Assembly: GCA_017424105.1 (NCBI GenBank)
Contig: JAFPBK010000027.1
Coordinates: 1 to 41,001 of the forward strand
From: Kiritimatiellia bacterium
GTDB lineage: Bacteria > Verrucomicrobiota > Kiritimatiellia > RFP12 > UBA3636
Direction of reading: 5' to 3'
Length of the DNA stretch: 41,001 nt
Part shown: positions 15,706-26,354 of the stretch, one piece after another
How the letters are laid out: every line of letters begins with the position of its first letter
Position numbering within the stretch: the first letter of the stretch is position 1
The notes under the pieces: model-generated
The model's input: only the letters and a program-made list of their open reading frames with translations
The model's database searches: none
What the model was told of the DNA's origin: nothing
Program-made: the position numbers and the translations under genes

Positions 15706-18228
15706 TAGGAAGAATTCTTCAAAGGCTTGTTGAAGTTGCTCTGCAGATTGAATGCGCTCAACATCTGCAGGTATACTCCTGCGAAATACTCCACCATAAT
15801 TTTTTGTAATCAGACGAGGATCTGTAATTACTACTACTCCCCTATCTTGCTTGTGTCTGATTAAGCGGCCAAACCCCTGCCTAAACTTAATTACTGCATT
15901 AGGCACAGAAAATCCCATAAAAGAATCTCCTGTTTCAAAACGAACCTGCTCTGCTCTTGCATTGACAATTGGATCGTTAACCGCATCAAAAGGAAGTTTT
16001 ACAATAACTAATGCTGTTAATGTATCTCCTATTAAATCAACACCCTCCCAAAAAGAATCTGTTCCCATCAAAACAGAAGCTTGAGATTCATCTTTAAATT
16101 GCTCTGTAAGTGTTTCACGCGACATACCTGTTCCTTGAACAAGCACACGAATATGTGGTGCACCAGCATTTGCCTCAATAGCAAGTGCTACCTCCAATTG
16201 TTTTGCACATAGCTGCATTAGCTTATAGCTTGTGAATAAAACAAGCGTACGCCCTTGGGTAAGCATTAGCAAATTCTTCATAAATGGAGCAAATTCTTTT
16301 GCGTATTTTTCCTCGCCGCCTCGATCCGATGGGTCAGGCAAAAATGTCGGTGCCAATACGCGACATTGCTCTTTAAAATTAAATGGAGACCCTGCCACAA
16401 AGGTTGATATTCTATCTGGTTCAATTAAATCAATACCTATGCGATGTGAAATAAAAGCTGTAGACCCTGCCACATTCATCGTTGCGGAGCAAAGGATTAT
16501 AGACTCCTTTCGAGAGAAAAATCCATCAGCAAGAAATCTTGCAATACTAATAGGAGCAGTATGCAATGTTACTGCGAATCCACGCTCTGTTCTGGCTCCA
16601 GTACGCTCAATCCAATACACCCATTGAGGATCTCCAAGATTTGTTATAAATTCAAAATTTGAAAGAATTTCAGAGAATGTAGTTTGATATTGAGAAAGCT
16701 CATTTGTGAGTGATGAAAGCTGCTGATAAGCAGAATCAAATGTAGGTGCCATCACACTCATTAAGCTCATCAAAGGCGACTCGTCTGAGCTTACTCCAGA
16801 ATTTGCTTCCTTACAAATCTCCAGCTCTGTATTGATACTCGTTGTTATTTCAGAAATTAAATTATTAGTTTCATATAGAGCATCTAATACTTTATTCAAC
16901 AATGGCTCAGCATCCAGCCAGCCTTGTCGATACTTTATTTCCGGAAGCAATCTAAGAGATGCTTCATAAGAAGGAATCAGGGTTTCTAATTGGCGAAGAT
17001 ATGGCGGAAGAACTAAGCGAATTCTATTTAATAAATCAATTAACGAATTGAGCTTTTCAAAGATTAAATCACGATATTTCGCAGAGGCTTCTGGAATTAC
17101 TGCTGATGTCGCGAATGGTCGCTTTATACGTAAAATCAATCCACGCTCACCATTACGTGTTTTTAAATAGAGCCTACGAACCGGCAACAATATTGAAATA
17201 GGTGTAACCTCTCGCAAGAATTTACGTGTTGCTGCCTCTTCAAGATTATGAGCTTCATCAAATACAGCATGTGCATGAAGAGGTAATGCAAGTGGACGCT
17301 CCGCTGGCTCACTAAAATAAACCGAATGATTTGTTATAACTATATCTGAATTTTGTGATTTTACACGAGCTGTTTGCAAGAAACATCTATTATAGAAAGG
17401 ACACTTTCTTCCACGACACTCCTCTGGTGTAGAGAATAAGCGATTAGCTCCATTATCACAATATGCAATTTGAGGAGCCTTTGAAATATCTCCATCTTTT
17501 GTTTGGAACAACCATACACACGTCTGTGCTAAACCATAAATTTGCTCTTGAGCAACCTCTGTATCTATATTGCTCAAGACATCAACTAAACGAGCAAGAC
17601 ATATGTAATTGCTTCGGCCTTTGATTACTGAGTAACGCAACTTTTTGTGCAAAGCATCTCTAATTATAGGCAAATCTTTTTCGAATATTTGCGACTGAAG
17701 ATTCTTTGTATTTGTGCTTATTACAACAGGGAGCGAATTTGCAAGACTCCAAAGTGCACTTGGAACAAGATATGCCATAGTCTTACCAATACCTGTGCCA
17801 GCTTCTACAACCAAATGCTCTGAGCCATTAAATGAATTTATTACTCTGCAAGCCATCTCCACTTGCTCTCTGCGTGGCTCATAATTTGGTAACAAACGAG
17901 CCAGTGGACCATTGTAACCAAACCACTCTGCCACAGACTCTGGAGCGACCTGCTTAAAATCTGCAGGATTTGCTGGCATACGCTTTACTGGTTGCTCTTT
18001 ATTTATTGGCAAATGCTCTAGCATTGCCTCATAGGCATCACCTGAAGAATTTAATCCCATTTGCTGGGATTTTATAACATTTTGTCCTATCGCTTGTAAT
18101 TTGTCATCTGTGCTACAAAGCAAAAGCTGACCTATAACAAAGGCAGCTTCAGCAGGAATTTTGCCTGGCAAAAATTCCTTTGGCACTCCAACAAGTGCCT
18201 GTGATTTTGTGCTTAACAAGTCAGACAT
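15703..18228 (-). CDS. DinG/XPD-family ATP-dependent DNA helicase
   Basis: Walker A EAGTGIGKT, DEAH box FDEAHNLE, a Cys cluster (C..CRGRKCPFYNRC) consistent with an Fe-S domain, and C-terminal helicase motifs. Confidence 0.85.
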   Translation of the reverse strand: MSDLLSTKSQALVGVPKEFLPGKIPAEAAFVIGQLLLCSTDDKLQAIGQNVIKSQQMGLNSSGDAYEAMLEHLPINKEQPVKRMPANPADFKQVAPESVAEWFGYNGPLARLLPNYEPRREQVEMACRVINSFNGSEHLVVEAGTGIGKTMAYLVPSALWSLANSLPVVISTNTKNLQSQIFEKDLPIIRDALHKKLRYSVIKGRSNYICLARLVDVLSNIDTEVAQEQIYGLAQTCVWLFQTKDGDISKAPQIAYCDNGANRLFSTPEECRGRKCPFYNRCFLQTARVKSQNSDIVITNHSVYFSEPAERPLALPLHAHAVFDEAHNLEEAATRKFLREVTPISILLPVRRLYLKTRNGERGLILRIKRPFATSAVIPEASAKYRDLIFEKLNSLIDLLNRIRLVLPPYLRQLETLIPSYEASLRLLPEIKYRQGWLDAEPLLNKVLDALYETNNLISEITTSINTELEICKEANSGVSSDESPLMSLMSVMAPTFDSAYQQLSSLTNELSQYQTTFSEILSNFEFITNLGDPQWVYWIERTGARTERGFAVTLHTAPISIARFLADGFFSRKESIILCSATMNVAGSTAFISHRIGIDLIEPDRISTFVAGSPFNFKEQCRVLAPTFLPDPSDRGGEEKYAKEFAPFMKNLLMLTQGRTLVLFTSYKLMQLCAKQLEVALAIEANAGAPHIRVLVQGTGMSRETLTEQFKDESQASVLMGTDSFWEGVDLIGDTLTALVIVKLPFDAVNDPIVNARAEQVRFETGDSFMGFSVPNAVIKFRQGFGRLIRHKQDRGVVVITDPRLITKNYGGVFRRSIPADVERIQSAEQLQQAFEEFFL

Positions 18229-18312
18229 ACAAGTAATATATTAACAGCATCTACAAAAGATGCAGAAACAAAACAATTTTAATAGGATTGATATAATCAA
18301 AAATACGAGAAT

Positions 18313-19695
18313 TTATTTGATGCTTTTTTCTTGAGCTTTACTATATTTGCTATTCAAAAAAGCACAATCACTTAATCCCATTCCTAAAGAATATAGAAGT
18401 ACGATCTCTCCGTCAGCAAGATTATACTCTACTAAACCAAAAAGAGCTAACGATGTGAACATAACCAGTGGGATTACTGCATATAATCCAGCACCACGTT
18501 TCCAATAAATAACCGCAGACACTATTGTAAATAAATACCAAAAAGCATATGCAGCCACACCAAGCCATCCAAAATCTACCAGAGCTTGAAGCGGTGTGCT
18601 ATGTACATGAGAATGCTGAAAATTCTCCATATTTGGACAATGTTGACGCATCTTTTCTGTCGTTAAAGATCTAAAACCAATTCCATATGGATGCTCTTCA
18701 TGGACTGCTGGAACAATTTGTGTCCACATAGCATAACGACCACCCTTTTCTATTGTAAATTCCTCAGGCAATTCAAGAATACGTGCTCTGGATGCAGGAA
18801 CTAAAAATACAACTGCAATAAATAAACCAAGAACTAAAACTGTAATTCGCTTGAAATAATAAAACACCAAAGGAACCATTACTACTAATACAGCCAAGAG
18901 AGGACCACGCTTACAAGTAAATATAAGTGCCAATGCTATCAGTAACAAAGTAATTAACTGCTTAAAACGCTGCTTGCATGGCAGCTTTTGCTTGCATGCA
19001 TCAATAAACAAATAAAAAGCAGCAGGAACCGCGACCATAAAACGCTGTGCCTCTTGCATTGTTCCTTGCAATATAAATACTTCCGACATATGACTTGGAC
19101 GATATGCAAAGTACTTTCTAATCTCAGCCCAAATATCATCGCCGACACCAAGAAATTCTGTCACATAAAATAGCCATTGGGACAAAAGAGGTATTGTCTC
19201 ACGGACCGCAGGATTTTTCATGTGGCTTACTTTTGGTATATTACACATAATCCATGATTTTAATGGATAAGAGATAATGACTATTATTGCACCAATTAAA
19301 CAACCAATAACATACCAACGCAATAGCTGAACAAAGCGCTCTTTACTATTAACTGACAATGCCACAATTGGTATTCCAATATACCAGATCAATTTATCAA
19401 TTTTACCCAATCCCTTAGAAGGATTTAATTGAGGGTCATTTAAACAGCAAGTAGCAATAATTGAAACTACTAAAGCTAAAACAAAATATGTCAACCACCC
19501 AATCGTTGGGCGACTGATACGAGCCCAACTATGCTGACGAATTGCTCTTACTAAACTGCCAACTGCTGATATCAACAAAAAAATTCGAGCTAATGGCATT
19601 GAAACGCCACAAAAGAATACAAAAGCAAGTAATGATGCCCAAACGAAATCTTCTTTTAAATATTCTATAGCTCTATTAAGTTTTGAATTTTTCAT
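18313..19695 (-). CDS. O-antigen ligase (Wzy_C) family polytopic membrane protein
   Basis: It has at least 10 predicted TM segments. HSHVHSTPLQALVDFGWLG resembles the Wzy_C signature H-N-x-y-L-q-x-l-x-e-x-G. Confidence 0.7.
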   Translation of the reverse strand: MKNSKLNRAIEYLKEDFVWASLLAFVFFCGVSMPLARIFLLISAVGSLVRAIRQHSWARISRPTIGWLTYFVLALVVSIIATCCLNDPQLNPSKGLGKIDKLIWYIGIPIVALSVNSKERFVQLLRWYVIGCLIGAIIVIISYPLKSWIMCNIPKVSHMKNPAVRETIPLLSQWLFYVTEFLGVGDDIWAEIRKYFAYRPSHMSEVFILQGTMQEAQRFMVAVPAAFYLFIDACKQKLPCKQRFKQLITLLLIALALIFTCKRGPLLAVLVVMVPLVFYYFKRITVLVLGLFIAVVFLVPASRARILELPEEFTIEKGGRYAMWTQIVPAVHEEHPYGIGFRSLTTEKMRQHCPNMENFQHSHVHSTPLQALVDFGWLGVAAYAFWYLFTIVSAVIYWKRGAGLYAVIPLVMFTSLALFGLVEYNLADGEIVLLYSLGMGLSDCAFLNSKYSKAQEKSIK

Positions 19696-19707
19696 TTAAA
19701 TCAATCC

Positions 19708-20508
19708 TTACCAGAACATATATTTGCCTGTAGCAAGTACATATATACCTAATACAGCATTAGTGGTAATGTGTGCAATTGCAGCTGCCCAAATATCGCG
19801 AGTTTTAATATAGAATAATCCATAAATTATACCGCATAGAAAGCCTGCTAAAACTTCATTATGCTCAATAGCAAATATTGCTGCAACAATTAGGAAGGAT
19901 GGCCAATGAAGCTGACCGATATCTATATCCAAAAAGTCAGGGGTACGAGCAGTACGAAGCAAATATCCACGCCAGAAGAATTCCTCAATAATAGAAATAA
20001 TAAAGGCAGAACCAATGAAACGAATTGTCGTCATTGCAAAACCACAAACACTTGGAGCATATGGTGTTGACTCTAAAGGTGTACGCATTTCACCAAATGG
20101 CTTTACGCACCAAAGTTCATATTTTTCTGCAATAAAAGGACAAATACTTTTAAAAAATTCAGTTTCTAATCCAACCCAAAGGAAGAATACTCCAATACCT
20201 ATGCCTATAGCTGGTAAAATATTCTTTTTATTAAGAGCATTATAATATTTCCATGGGCGACAAATAAATAAAGCAATAACGCAAATAGCTGTGCGAATTG
20301 CATATAATGCTGGCAAAGAAACAATATTTAAAGATTTGATTTCTTCTGTTTCTGATCCCTCTGTGAGGTGCATCATATTTGCCAATAAAACGATTCCAAG
20401 CCACAATACAAATGGGACTGCATGTCTATATGCAGCGTTATCCATTCGGCGAGCTTTTTTGCTATTTTTCTTTGCTGGTTCTGTTGTTTTTATTTCTGTT
20501 GTATTCAT
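19708..20508 (-). CDS. CPBP (CAAX) family intramembrane metalloprotease
   Basis: EEFFWRGYL, FAIEHNE and AHITTNA motifs in a polytopic membrane protein. Confidence 0.8.
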   Translation of the reverse strand: MNTTEIKTTEPAKKNSKKARRMDNAAYRHAVPFVLWLGIVLLANMMHLTEGSETEEIKSLNIVSLPALYAIRTAICVIALFICRPWKYYNALNKKNILPAIGIGIGVFFLWVGLETEFFKSICPFIAEKYELWCVKPFGEMRTPLESTPYAPSVCGFAMTTIRFIGSAFIISIIEEFFWRGYLLRTARTPDFLDIDIGQLHWPSFLIVAAIFAIEHNEVLAGFLCGIIYGLFYIKTRDIWAAAIAHITTNAVLGIYVLATGKYMFW

Positions 20509-20587
20509 GCTTTAATTTTACCATATCGTAAAATATTGAGCAAGAGGATATTTGATTAAATTGGAGGGGGGATGGAGGGTGGCTAAA

Positions 20588-20757
20588 GCCACCCGCTCCG
20601 ATGTTTTTAAGGGAAAGGCAATTTAAAGAATGCCGCCAACTCCGATGCTTTATGGGGAAAGGCAATTTAAAAAATGCCGCCTGCTCCGATGCGGGAAAGG
20701 GAAAGGGGAAGGCAAATAAAAGAATGCCGCCCGCTCCGATGCTTTATGGGGGAGGCT
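20588..20757. repeat. 44-50-bp tandem repeat, about 3.7 copies
   Basis: Units at 20588-20631, 20632-20675, 20676-20725 and 20726 onward. The consensus is GCCGCCNNCTCCGATGCTTTATGGGGAAAGGCAATTTAAARAAT. Confidence 0.8.
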
Positions 20758-22093
20758 ATTCTGAAGGGCGGCTCTTTGACCAAGCGCGGCCAGAAAGAAA
20801 ACAGAATATGGTGCCACCAATACCAGCAATAAGCCATACAATGATAAGTTTGTCCCATCCTACTCGTGCAGCTAAAATTCCATACAAACCAGCTGCCAAT
20901 GCTGATGCAAAATAAATTATACTATTAAATGCACCTGTCATTGCTGCTGATAATCCATATTTAGCAAAATGATATGGAAGACGAGTCAAAAACATGTGAT
21001 TACTTCCCCACATCGCAGCCACACTGATTGACAAGAAAACAACACAAATAATTGCATTTGTATTGCGAGTTAAATAAATTCCCAATACAGCTAACGATGC
21101 AATAACAAACATCCATCCTGCTGTATGAAGCTCATTCTTTATGTGTTTATTATTTAACCAATTTGAGAAATAAGTTCCAGAAATGCTGACTATTGGAACA
21201 ATTACTGAAATTGTAGCAGCAAATGCTGGAGATGTATTAAATTGCTTATAAAGAAATGTCGGTACCCATGACTCTACTCCATCACGAAGTGCTCCATTAA
21301 AAAGTAGTCCAAAGAGAATCAACCAAATACCTGATGCAACAACAACACCAATAATTGTATATTTTTGTGTAGCTTCATCATTATTAGATGTTTCTCCACC
21401 AACAGTAGATGTCTGAGCAAACATTCTTACTCTTTCTTGTTTGCAAACAATATCCATCAAATTCAAGTAGTTGCGCAAATATCTGTTTCCTAAAACCCAA
21501 ACAATAAATGCGACAAAAAGAATTATTGCTGAAACAAAGAAAACCGTTCTCCAATCACATCCATATTTAATCATTTGGCCAGGTATAACTAATGCCAATA
21601 TTGCACCGACACTACATGCGGCACCAATATTTGCTCCTGCTCTGATACGCCGCTCATCAGGTATTTGATCTGTAAATACACGAATAATTGGAGCCCACAG
21701 CATTGAGTGGAATATGCCATTTGCAGCCCACACAAAAACCATGAGCTCTTTAGAGCTTAATACTCCCATAAAGAAATTACAAATTGTAGCACCAAACAAG
21801 CCTATACCAATCATATATTTTGGTTGATAGCGAGAGCCTAGTATTCCATTAACCAGTTGTCCGACACCATAAACAATCATATAAGCGGCAGAAATGTAAC
21901 CTCCAAACTCTTCTGTCAGGAAATTTTCCTTTATCATTTCTGGCAAACAAGCAGAAAAATTCTTTCGGCCAATGTAACTGCAAACATAAGCGAGAAAGCA
22001 ATACCAAAACAGTTGGTTGGCAAAGTTCAGAATTTGCTTTTCTGTACATTTTCCACCGCTTGTTGATGTTATTTTTTGTAAATTCATATACAA
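20756..22093 (-). CDS. MFS transporter, organophosphate:Pi antiporter-like
   Basis: It has 12 predicted TM helices. The YIGRKNFS motif near TM1 resembles the GlpT/UhpC family. Confidence 0.75.
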   Translation of the reverse strand: MYMNLQKITSTSGGKCTEKQILNFANQLFWYCFLAYVCSYIGRKNFSACLPEMIKENFLTEEFGGYISAAYMIVYGVGQLVNGILGSRYQPKYMIGIGLFGATICNFFMGVLSSKELMVFVWAANGIFHSMLWAPIIRVFTDQIPDERRIRAGANIGAACSVGAILALVIPGQMIKYGCDWRTVFFVSAIILFVAFIVWVLGNRYLRNYLNLMDIVCKQERVRMFAQTSTVGGETSNNDEATQKYTIIGVVVASGIWLILFGLLFNGALRDGVESWVPTFLYKQFNTSPAFAATISVIVPIVSISGTYFSNWLNNKHIKNELHTAGWMFVIASLAVLGIYLTRNTNAIICVVFLSISVAAMWGSNHMFLTRLPYHFAKYGLSAAMTGAFNSIIYFASALAAGLYGILAARVGWDKLIIVWLIAGIGGTIFCFLSGRAWSKSRPSE

Positions 22094-22167
22094 ATATACT
22101 CTAGTCTGATATTCTACAAATTATAAACAAATTTAATATCTAATCAGCAAACAACATTGAATTAAGA

Positions 22168-23166
22168 CTAATTAAACTTATCGTAAAAAATAGATTTAGG
22201 AGTGCCTTTTACATTTAGTGCTGTAGTAACTGCTTTAATCATACCCTCGCTACCGCATAAGTACACTGCCACATTATCTGTTGTAGTGAGACGCTGTGCA
22301 ATTACATCAGTCACAAAACCTGTATCAAAAGCATATGACTGAGGTTCTGCTGGCGGAGTTGCTATAGCTGGCAAATATGTGAAATTTGGTTCACTTGCCT
22401 GCAATGCAAGAAGTTCGCCCAAATATGGAAGTTCTGCAGCGGTGTTTGCACCATAGATAAAAGTTACCTTACGATTAAAGCCACTCTCCTTTAATGTACG
22501 AAGCAATGACATTACAGGTGAAACACCTGAACCACCTGCAACACAAAGCAGCTCGCCTTCATCCTTAAGCTCAGCATAGCCACTATATGGAGCAGTCAAA
22601 GTCAGTTCTTCTCCAATTGCAAGCTTCTCATGAATATATGTTGAAAGTTTACCACCTGGCACTAAGCGTACATTTATCTCAACAGCATTCTTTGAGGATT
22701 CTGGTGTAGAAATAGAATATGCACGAGATACACCAAACATCTTTGGTCCATCAATCATTACGAATGCACCAGGCAAATAATCAAGTGGCTTAGCCAATTC
22801 AAGGCGTACGCGCATAATGTCCTTTGCAACTAGCTCGCGCTCTGTAACAGTTCCTTTGCAGAGATAAATTCCTTTAAGCTCACCGGGAAGTGAAATTGAC
22901 ATATCGGAAGACACTGCCACGCGACAAGCCAAATGCCAGCCAGCAGCCAATTCTTCTTGATTGAAATGCTTTAGTTCCTCAGGTGTAGGAGCAATTCCCT
23001 CTGGAGCAAGAATCTGAACACGGCACTTTCCGCAGAAGCCCTTACCACCACAAATTGTAGGAACAAAAATACCAGCCTCGCGTAATGCAGCAAATAAGGT
23101 CTGTCCTTCTGCTGCTTGAACCTCGCGACCATCAGTAAGTGTTAGTTTAAACATAACATACTCCAA
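22168..23166 (-). CDS. 2Fe-2S ferredoxin domain fused to an FNR-type FAD/NAD(P)-binding reductase
   Basis: CGGKGFCGKCRV...C, RAYSIS (RxYS FAD motif) and GGSGVSPV (NAD-binding). An alternative start at ATG 23154 lies behind a GGAG. Confidence 0.8.
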   Translation of the reverse strand: MEYVMFKLTLTDGREVQAAEGQTLFAALREAGIFVPTICGGKGFCGKCRVQILAPEGIAPTPEELKHFNQEELAAGWHLACRVAVSSDMSISLPGELKGIYLCKGTVTERELVAKDIMRVRLELAKPLDYLPGAFVMIDGPKMFGVSRAYSISTPESSKNAVEINVRLVPGGKLSTYIHEKLAIGEELTLTAPYSGYAELKDEGELLCVAGGSGVSPVMSLLRTLKESGFNRKVTFIYGANTAAELPYLGELLALQASEPNFTYLPAIATPPAEPQSYAFDTGFVTDVIAQRLTTTDNVAVYLCGSEGMIKAVTTALNVKGTPKSIFYDKFN

Positions 23167-23176
23167 AATTACTTAA

Positions 23177-24949
23177 TTAAAACGAAAGAACAAGCAAGCC
23201 ACTTGTTGGGACAGCAACTTGAGAGAAGCCCGCAGCTGGTGCTAAAATTTCCTGCTCTCCTCCAATTGAATCGTAAATAACAGCCTTAACTGCTGGACGA
23301 TTCAATGAAACAACAATGCCATCTTGACCAGATGCATTAATTATAGAAATGCTCTTCGCATTGCTCTCTGGCTTAACAACTACGCCAGGGGAATACACTG
23401 CCACAACCTCATCCTCATCATTATATGCCGATATATGCTGATAGTTTGACGAAGCTAAGCGAGGCACAAACCTTCCTTCTAGCAATGTAGAACGATGCTG
23501 CTCTCTGAAATTCAGCCAGAATTTCAATGCTTTTCTATGCTCCTCTGGAAGTTCCTCTAATTTAACAGAAATCTGAGGCACACCAAAAATAACATTTAAT
23601 AGCTGAAGCATTGCTGTCTTATAATCTGCCTGCATATTCCATTCTAACATATCGGAATGTACTGCAGTTTCACCAGAGAGCAAACGCAAATCAACAATAC
23701 CTACACGATTGCGATTAATATCACCTGGACAATCTGCTACACGGAACATATTTCCATATTTACGGATTGCTGGACCAATATAAGACTGACGGAATTCAAT
23801 TAGCACATCTGGATTAATTGCTTTAAGGCGGCGAACCACCTCTGTAAGCAATGCATCAACAGCATGAGCAACTGACTTTATATCACGCCCCGCATAATCC
23901 TCTGCAATAGCAGGATCCTCTCCTTCTATATGAAAATTATCAATAAAATCAAACTTAAATCCGTCCAGCTCCCAATCTCGCATAGCATTTTCATAGGTCT
24001 GAATCAAATATTCGCGCACTTCAGGGAAGCGAGGATCAAGCACGAGTGCTTGTGTATTTCCACCTCGGAAATATAATGATTTATTCTTAAAGCGTTCATA
24101 ATGCTTACTATGTACACCAACAAAGCAAACTGAATACCAAAGCAATAATTTTACATCAATTGCATGTAAGCGACGTGCAAAATCGCGCATCCCATTCTTA
24201 AATCGTGTCTTAGAAGGCTCCCAATCTCCACAAAATGCGTAGCCACGTTTTATATCATCAGTCTGCCAACCATCATCAATAATAATTCCATTTAACCCAT
24301 ACTCTTTAGCAAGAGCACACTCTGACACCAATTCATCATCAAAAATTTCTTGATGATAGGTATACCAAGAAGAATAAATAGAATCATATGCAGCCTTAGG
24401 AGGAATTGTTGGCTTATACTCATCAAAAGAGGTAAACCATTTCGATGCCTCTTGAAGAGCTTCTGCATAAAAGCAATCGCGCATATCAATTCGCAAAATA
24501 AATTCGTAATTTTGGATTGGAGCTTCCACCTGCTCAAACATTCGAATAGAGGTGGTCAAAGAGCACCCCTCCTCTAAAATACCACAATGAAAAACAACAA
24601 AGCGCAATGCATCTGAACATGCAATAAGAAAACGATTCCTATCTGCATTATTATTAATTTGAACTAATGGCACCTGTGTTGCCAAATCAGAATGAGTTTT
24701 ACTCCACCAATTTGGTGGAATTCCGCGATAGAAATATCCTCCAGAAGTCCATTTTACAAACATATCCTTTTGAGGAATAGTATTGTCTAATCTTAAAAAA
24801 GGAGGAGCAATCGGAGCTGGAGCTGAAAGAGAAATCTTCAAAAGCTCAAGCTTTGGCTCTACAAGCTCGGAGGATGAGGTTATTTTCCACTCACCCAGAT
24901 CACCGGAAACAGAAAATTCGCCAAGAATTTGAGAAGGTATGGAATTCAT
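23177..24949 (-). CDS. Alpha-galactosidase-like glycoside hydrolase (GH36-like)
   Basis: IIIDDGWQTDD and LDGFKFDFID motifs fit the GH27/GH36 clan-D catalytic core. The family assignment is tentative. Confidence 0.6.
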   Translation of the reverse strand: MNSIPSQILGEFSVSGDLGEWKITSSSELVEPKLELLKISLSAPAPIAPPFLRLDNTIPQKDMFVKWTSGGYFYRGIPPNWWSKTHSDLATQVPLVQINNNADRNRFLIACSDALRFVVFHCGILEEGCSLTTSIRMFEQVEAPIQNYEFILRIDMRDCFYAEALQEASKWFTSFDEYKPTIPPKAAYDSIYSSWYTYHQEIFDDELVSECALAKEYGLNGIIIDDGWQTDDIKRGYAFCGDWEPSKTRFKNGMRDFARRLHAIDVKLLLWYSVCFVGVHSKHYERFKNKSLYFRGGNTQALVLDPRFPEVREYLIQTYENAMRDWELDGFKFDFIDNFHIEGEDPAIAEDYAGRDIKSVAHAVDALLTEVVRRLKAINPDVLIEFRQSYIGPAIRKYGNMFRVADCPGDINRNRVGIVDLRLLSGETAVHSDMLEWNMQADYKTAMLQLLNVIFGVPQISVKLEELPEEHRKALKFWLNFREQHRSTLLEGRFVPRLASSNYQHISAYNDEDEVVAVYSPGVVVKPESNAKSISIINASGQDGIVVSLNRPAVKAVIYDSIGGEQEILAPAAGFSQVAVPTSGLLVLSF

Positions 24950-25060
24950 AAAAATTCTCCAATGTGTTAATGAATGTTTATAAATAAAATTATAAATTAT
25001 TCTTAAACAAGAAGCAAGCGAAAGCGAGAATAAATTATGAATATGGAGAGATGAGAAGCT

Positions 25061-26347
25061 CTACTTCACAATACCCCAACGAGATGTAAATGGCCACCAA
25101 ACTATGCCAGCTGGTCCAACCATTGCTCTGCGTGGGACTGGGCCCCAAAAACGGCTGTCATAGCTATTGGAGGTGTTATCTCCAAGAGCCATATATTCAT
25201 CTCCAAGAGTAACAGAATCACCTGGCTTTACAAGATAACCTTCTCCTGGATATGATGGATTTGACTCACTTACCACGCGATATGGTCTGTATCCATTTTC
25301 GCCTTTTGTTATTTTCTCCATTCCTGGTAAACCAACAACAGGTTCCCCATTAGCAACAATGCGCCCATCTGCAATGCTTATAGTTTCTGTTGGCAGACCC
25401 ACCAGGCGCTTAATGTAGTGCTGTCCAGGCATTAAGCTTGGTTGAATTGCTTCATCCTTTACAACAAATGGAAGTGGGAATGTATTACTTCTTGTTGTTG
25501 GTGCACAAAGCACTAGTTCTGGAATACTTGTTGTAAATATCATAGTATCATCACGCTTAGGTGGAAAGAAATTCCAAGCTATGCGATTTGCAAAAACCTG
25601 ATCGCCTGAATGTATATATCCAGACCAAAGACGTGTGCCTTTCTTTACTATTCCACTAGCTAATGATTTTACACTGTCATTAGGGTTATCTGCCATGTGG
25701 TGGAAATTTTCTATTCCTTTAATTTCACCTCGCTCTAAAGAATCTTGAGGTATTTTAAAGGTTTGTTCTCCTAATGAGAAAATTACATATCCAGGATGAC
25801 GTTGATCTGTATAAATATGACCGCGGCAGGTCTCTGCTGCAACAACATCAACATAGCGAGCGCCTGTTATTAACCACTGTAGTTGCTTTAGTACAGGTGT
25901 TTTATCTAAAACGGTAGCTTCTTCTGGAGAAATCATTTCTGAATGCACACCGCAAAGAGTTGGTTGCATAGAACCTGTTGGAATTTTAAATGGCTGGAAA
26001 AAATATGCACGAAATGCCATTGCTACACCAAATGCAACAAGCAATGTATCTAGTACTGCATACATAGGATGCTTTAAGGAAGGTGGTGTCAGCTCATTAA
26101 CAAGTTTTGAAAGAGTCTCTACATCAGCTTTAATTTCATCTAGCTGCTCTTCTGACAAAGCTACTTTCAAAAGACCTAACTTCTTAGCTTGTCTTTTGAT
26201 TTTCTTCTGCAACAATACTACACTAGCTACTGTTCCATTAGGAAGTAAATCGCCATGCATTTGCACTAAACGATCTGCATCACTGCAGATTGATTTTATT
26301 TGCTTACGTAGCTTAGCAGCAGCTACTTTTTTCTTCAAAAATTCCAT
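25061..26347 (-). CDS. lepB: Signal peptidase I
   Basis: S26 motifs GSMQPTL, KRLVGLP and GDNTSNSYDSRFWGPVP. There is a long N-terminal extension before the TM segment. Confidence 0.85.
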   Translation of the reverse strand: MEFLKKKVAAAKLRKQIKSICSDADRLVQMHGDLLPNGTVASVVLLQKKIKRQAKKLGLLKVALSEEQLDEIKADVETLSKLVNELTPPSLKHPMYAVLDTLLVAFGVAMAFRAYFFQPFKIPTGSMQPTLCGVHSEMISPEEATVLDKTPVLKQLQWLITGARYVDVVAAETCRGHIYTDQRHPGYVIFSLGEQTFKIPQDSLERGEIKGIENFHHMADNPNDSVKSLASGIVKKGTRLWSGYIHSGDQVFANRIAWNFFPPKRDDTMIFTTSIPELVLCAPTTRSNTFPLPFVVKDEAIQPSLMPGQHYIKRLVGLPTETISIADGRIVANGEPVVGLPGMEKITKGENGYRPYRVVSESNPSYPGEGYLVKPGDSVTLGDEYMALGDNTSNSYDSRFWGPVPRRAMVGPAGIVWWPFTSRWGIVK

Positions 26348-26354
26348 AATTTTA

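Noticed and set aside
18313-20508. The polytopic membrane protein plus the CPBP protease might have been the exosortase for the PEP-CTERM proteins, like exosortase/CAAX-protease fusions.
   Set aside because: The 460-aa protein carries an O-antigen-ligase (Wzy_C)-like H-x-H..PLQ..G signature rather than features I can tie to exosortases. The pair is 14 kb from the PEP-CTERM genes. This is left as unproven.
20588-20757. The 44-50-bp repeats might have been a CRISPR array or a protein-coding repeat.
   Set aside because: The units are head-to-tail without spacers. The overlapping ORFs (20601..20915, 20650..20841, 20667..20858) are low-complexity translations of the repeat in several frames.
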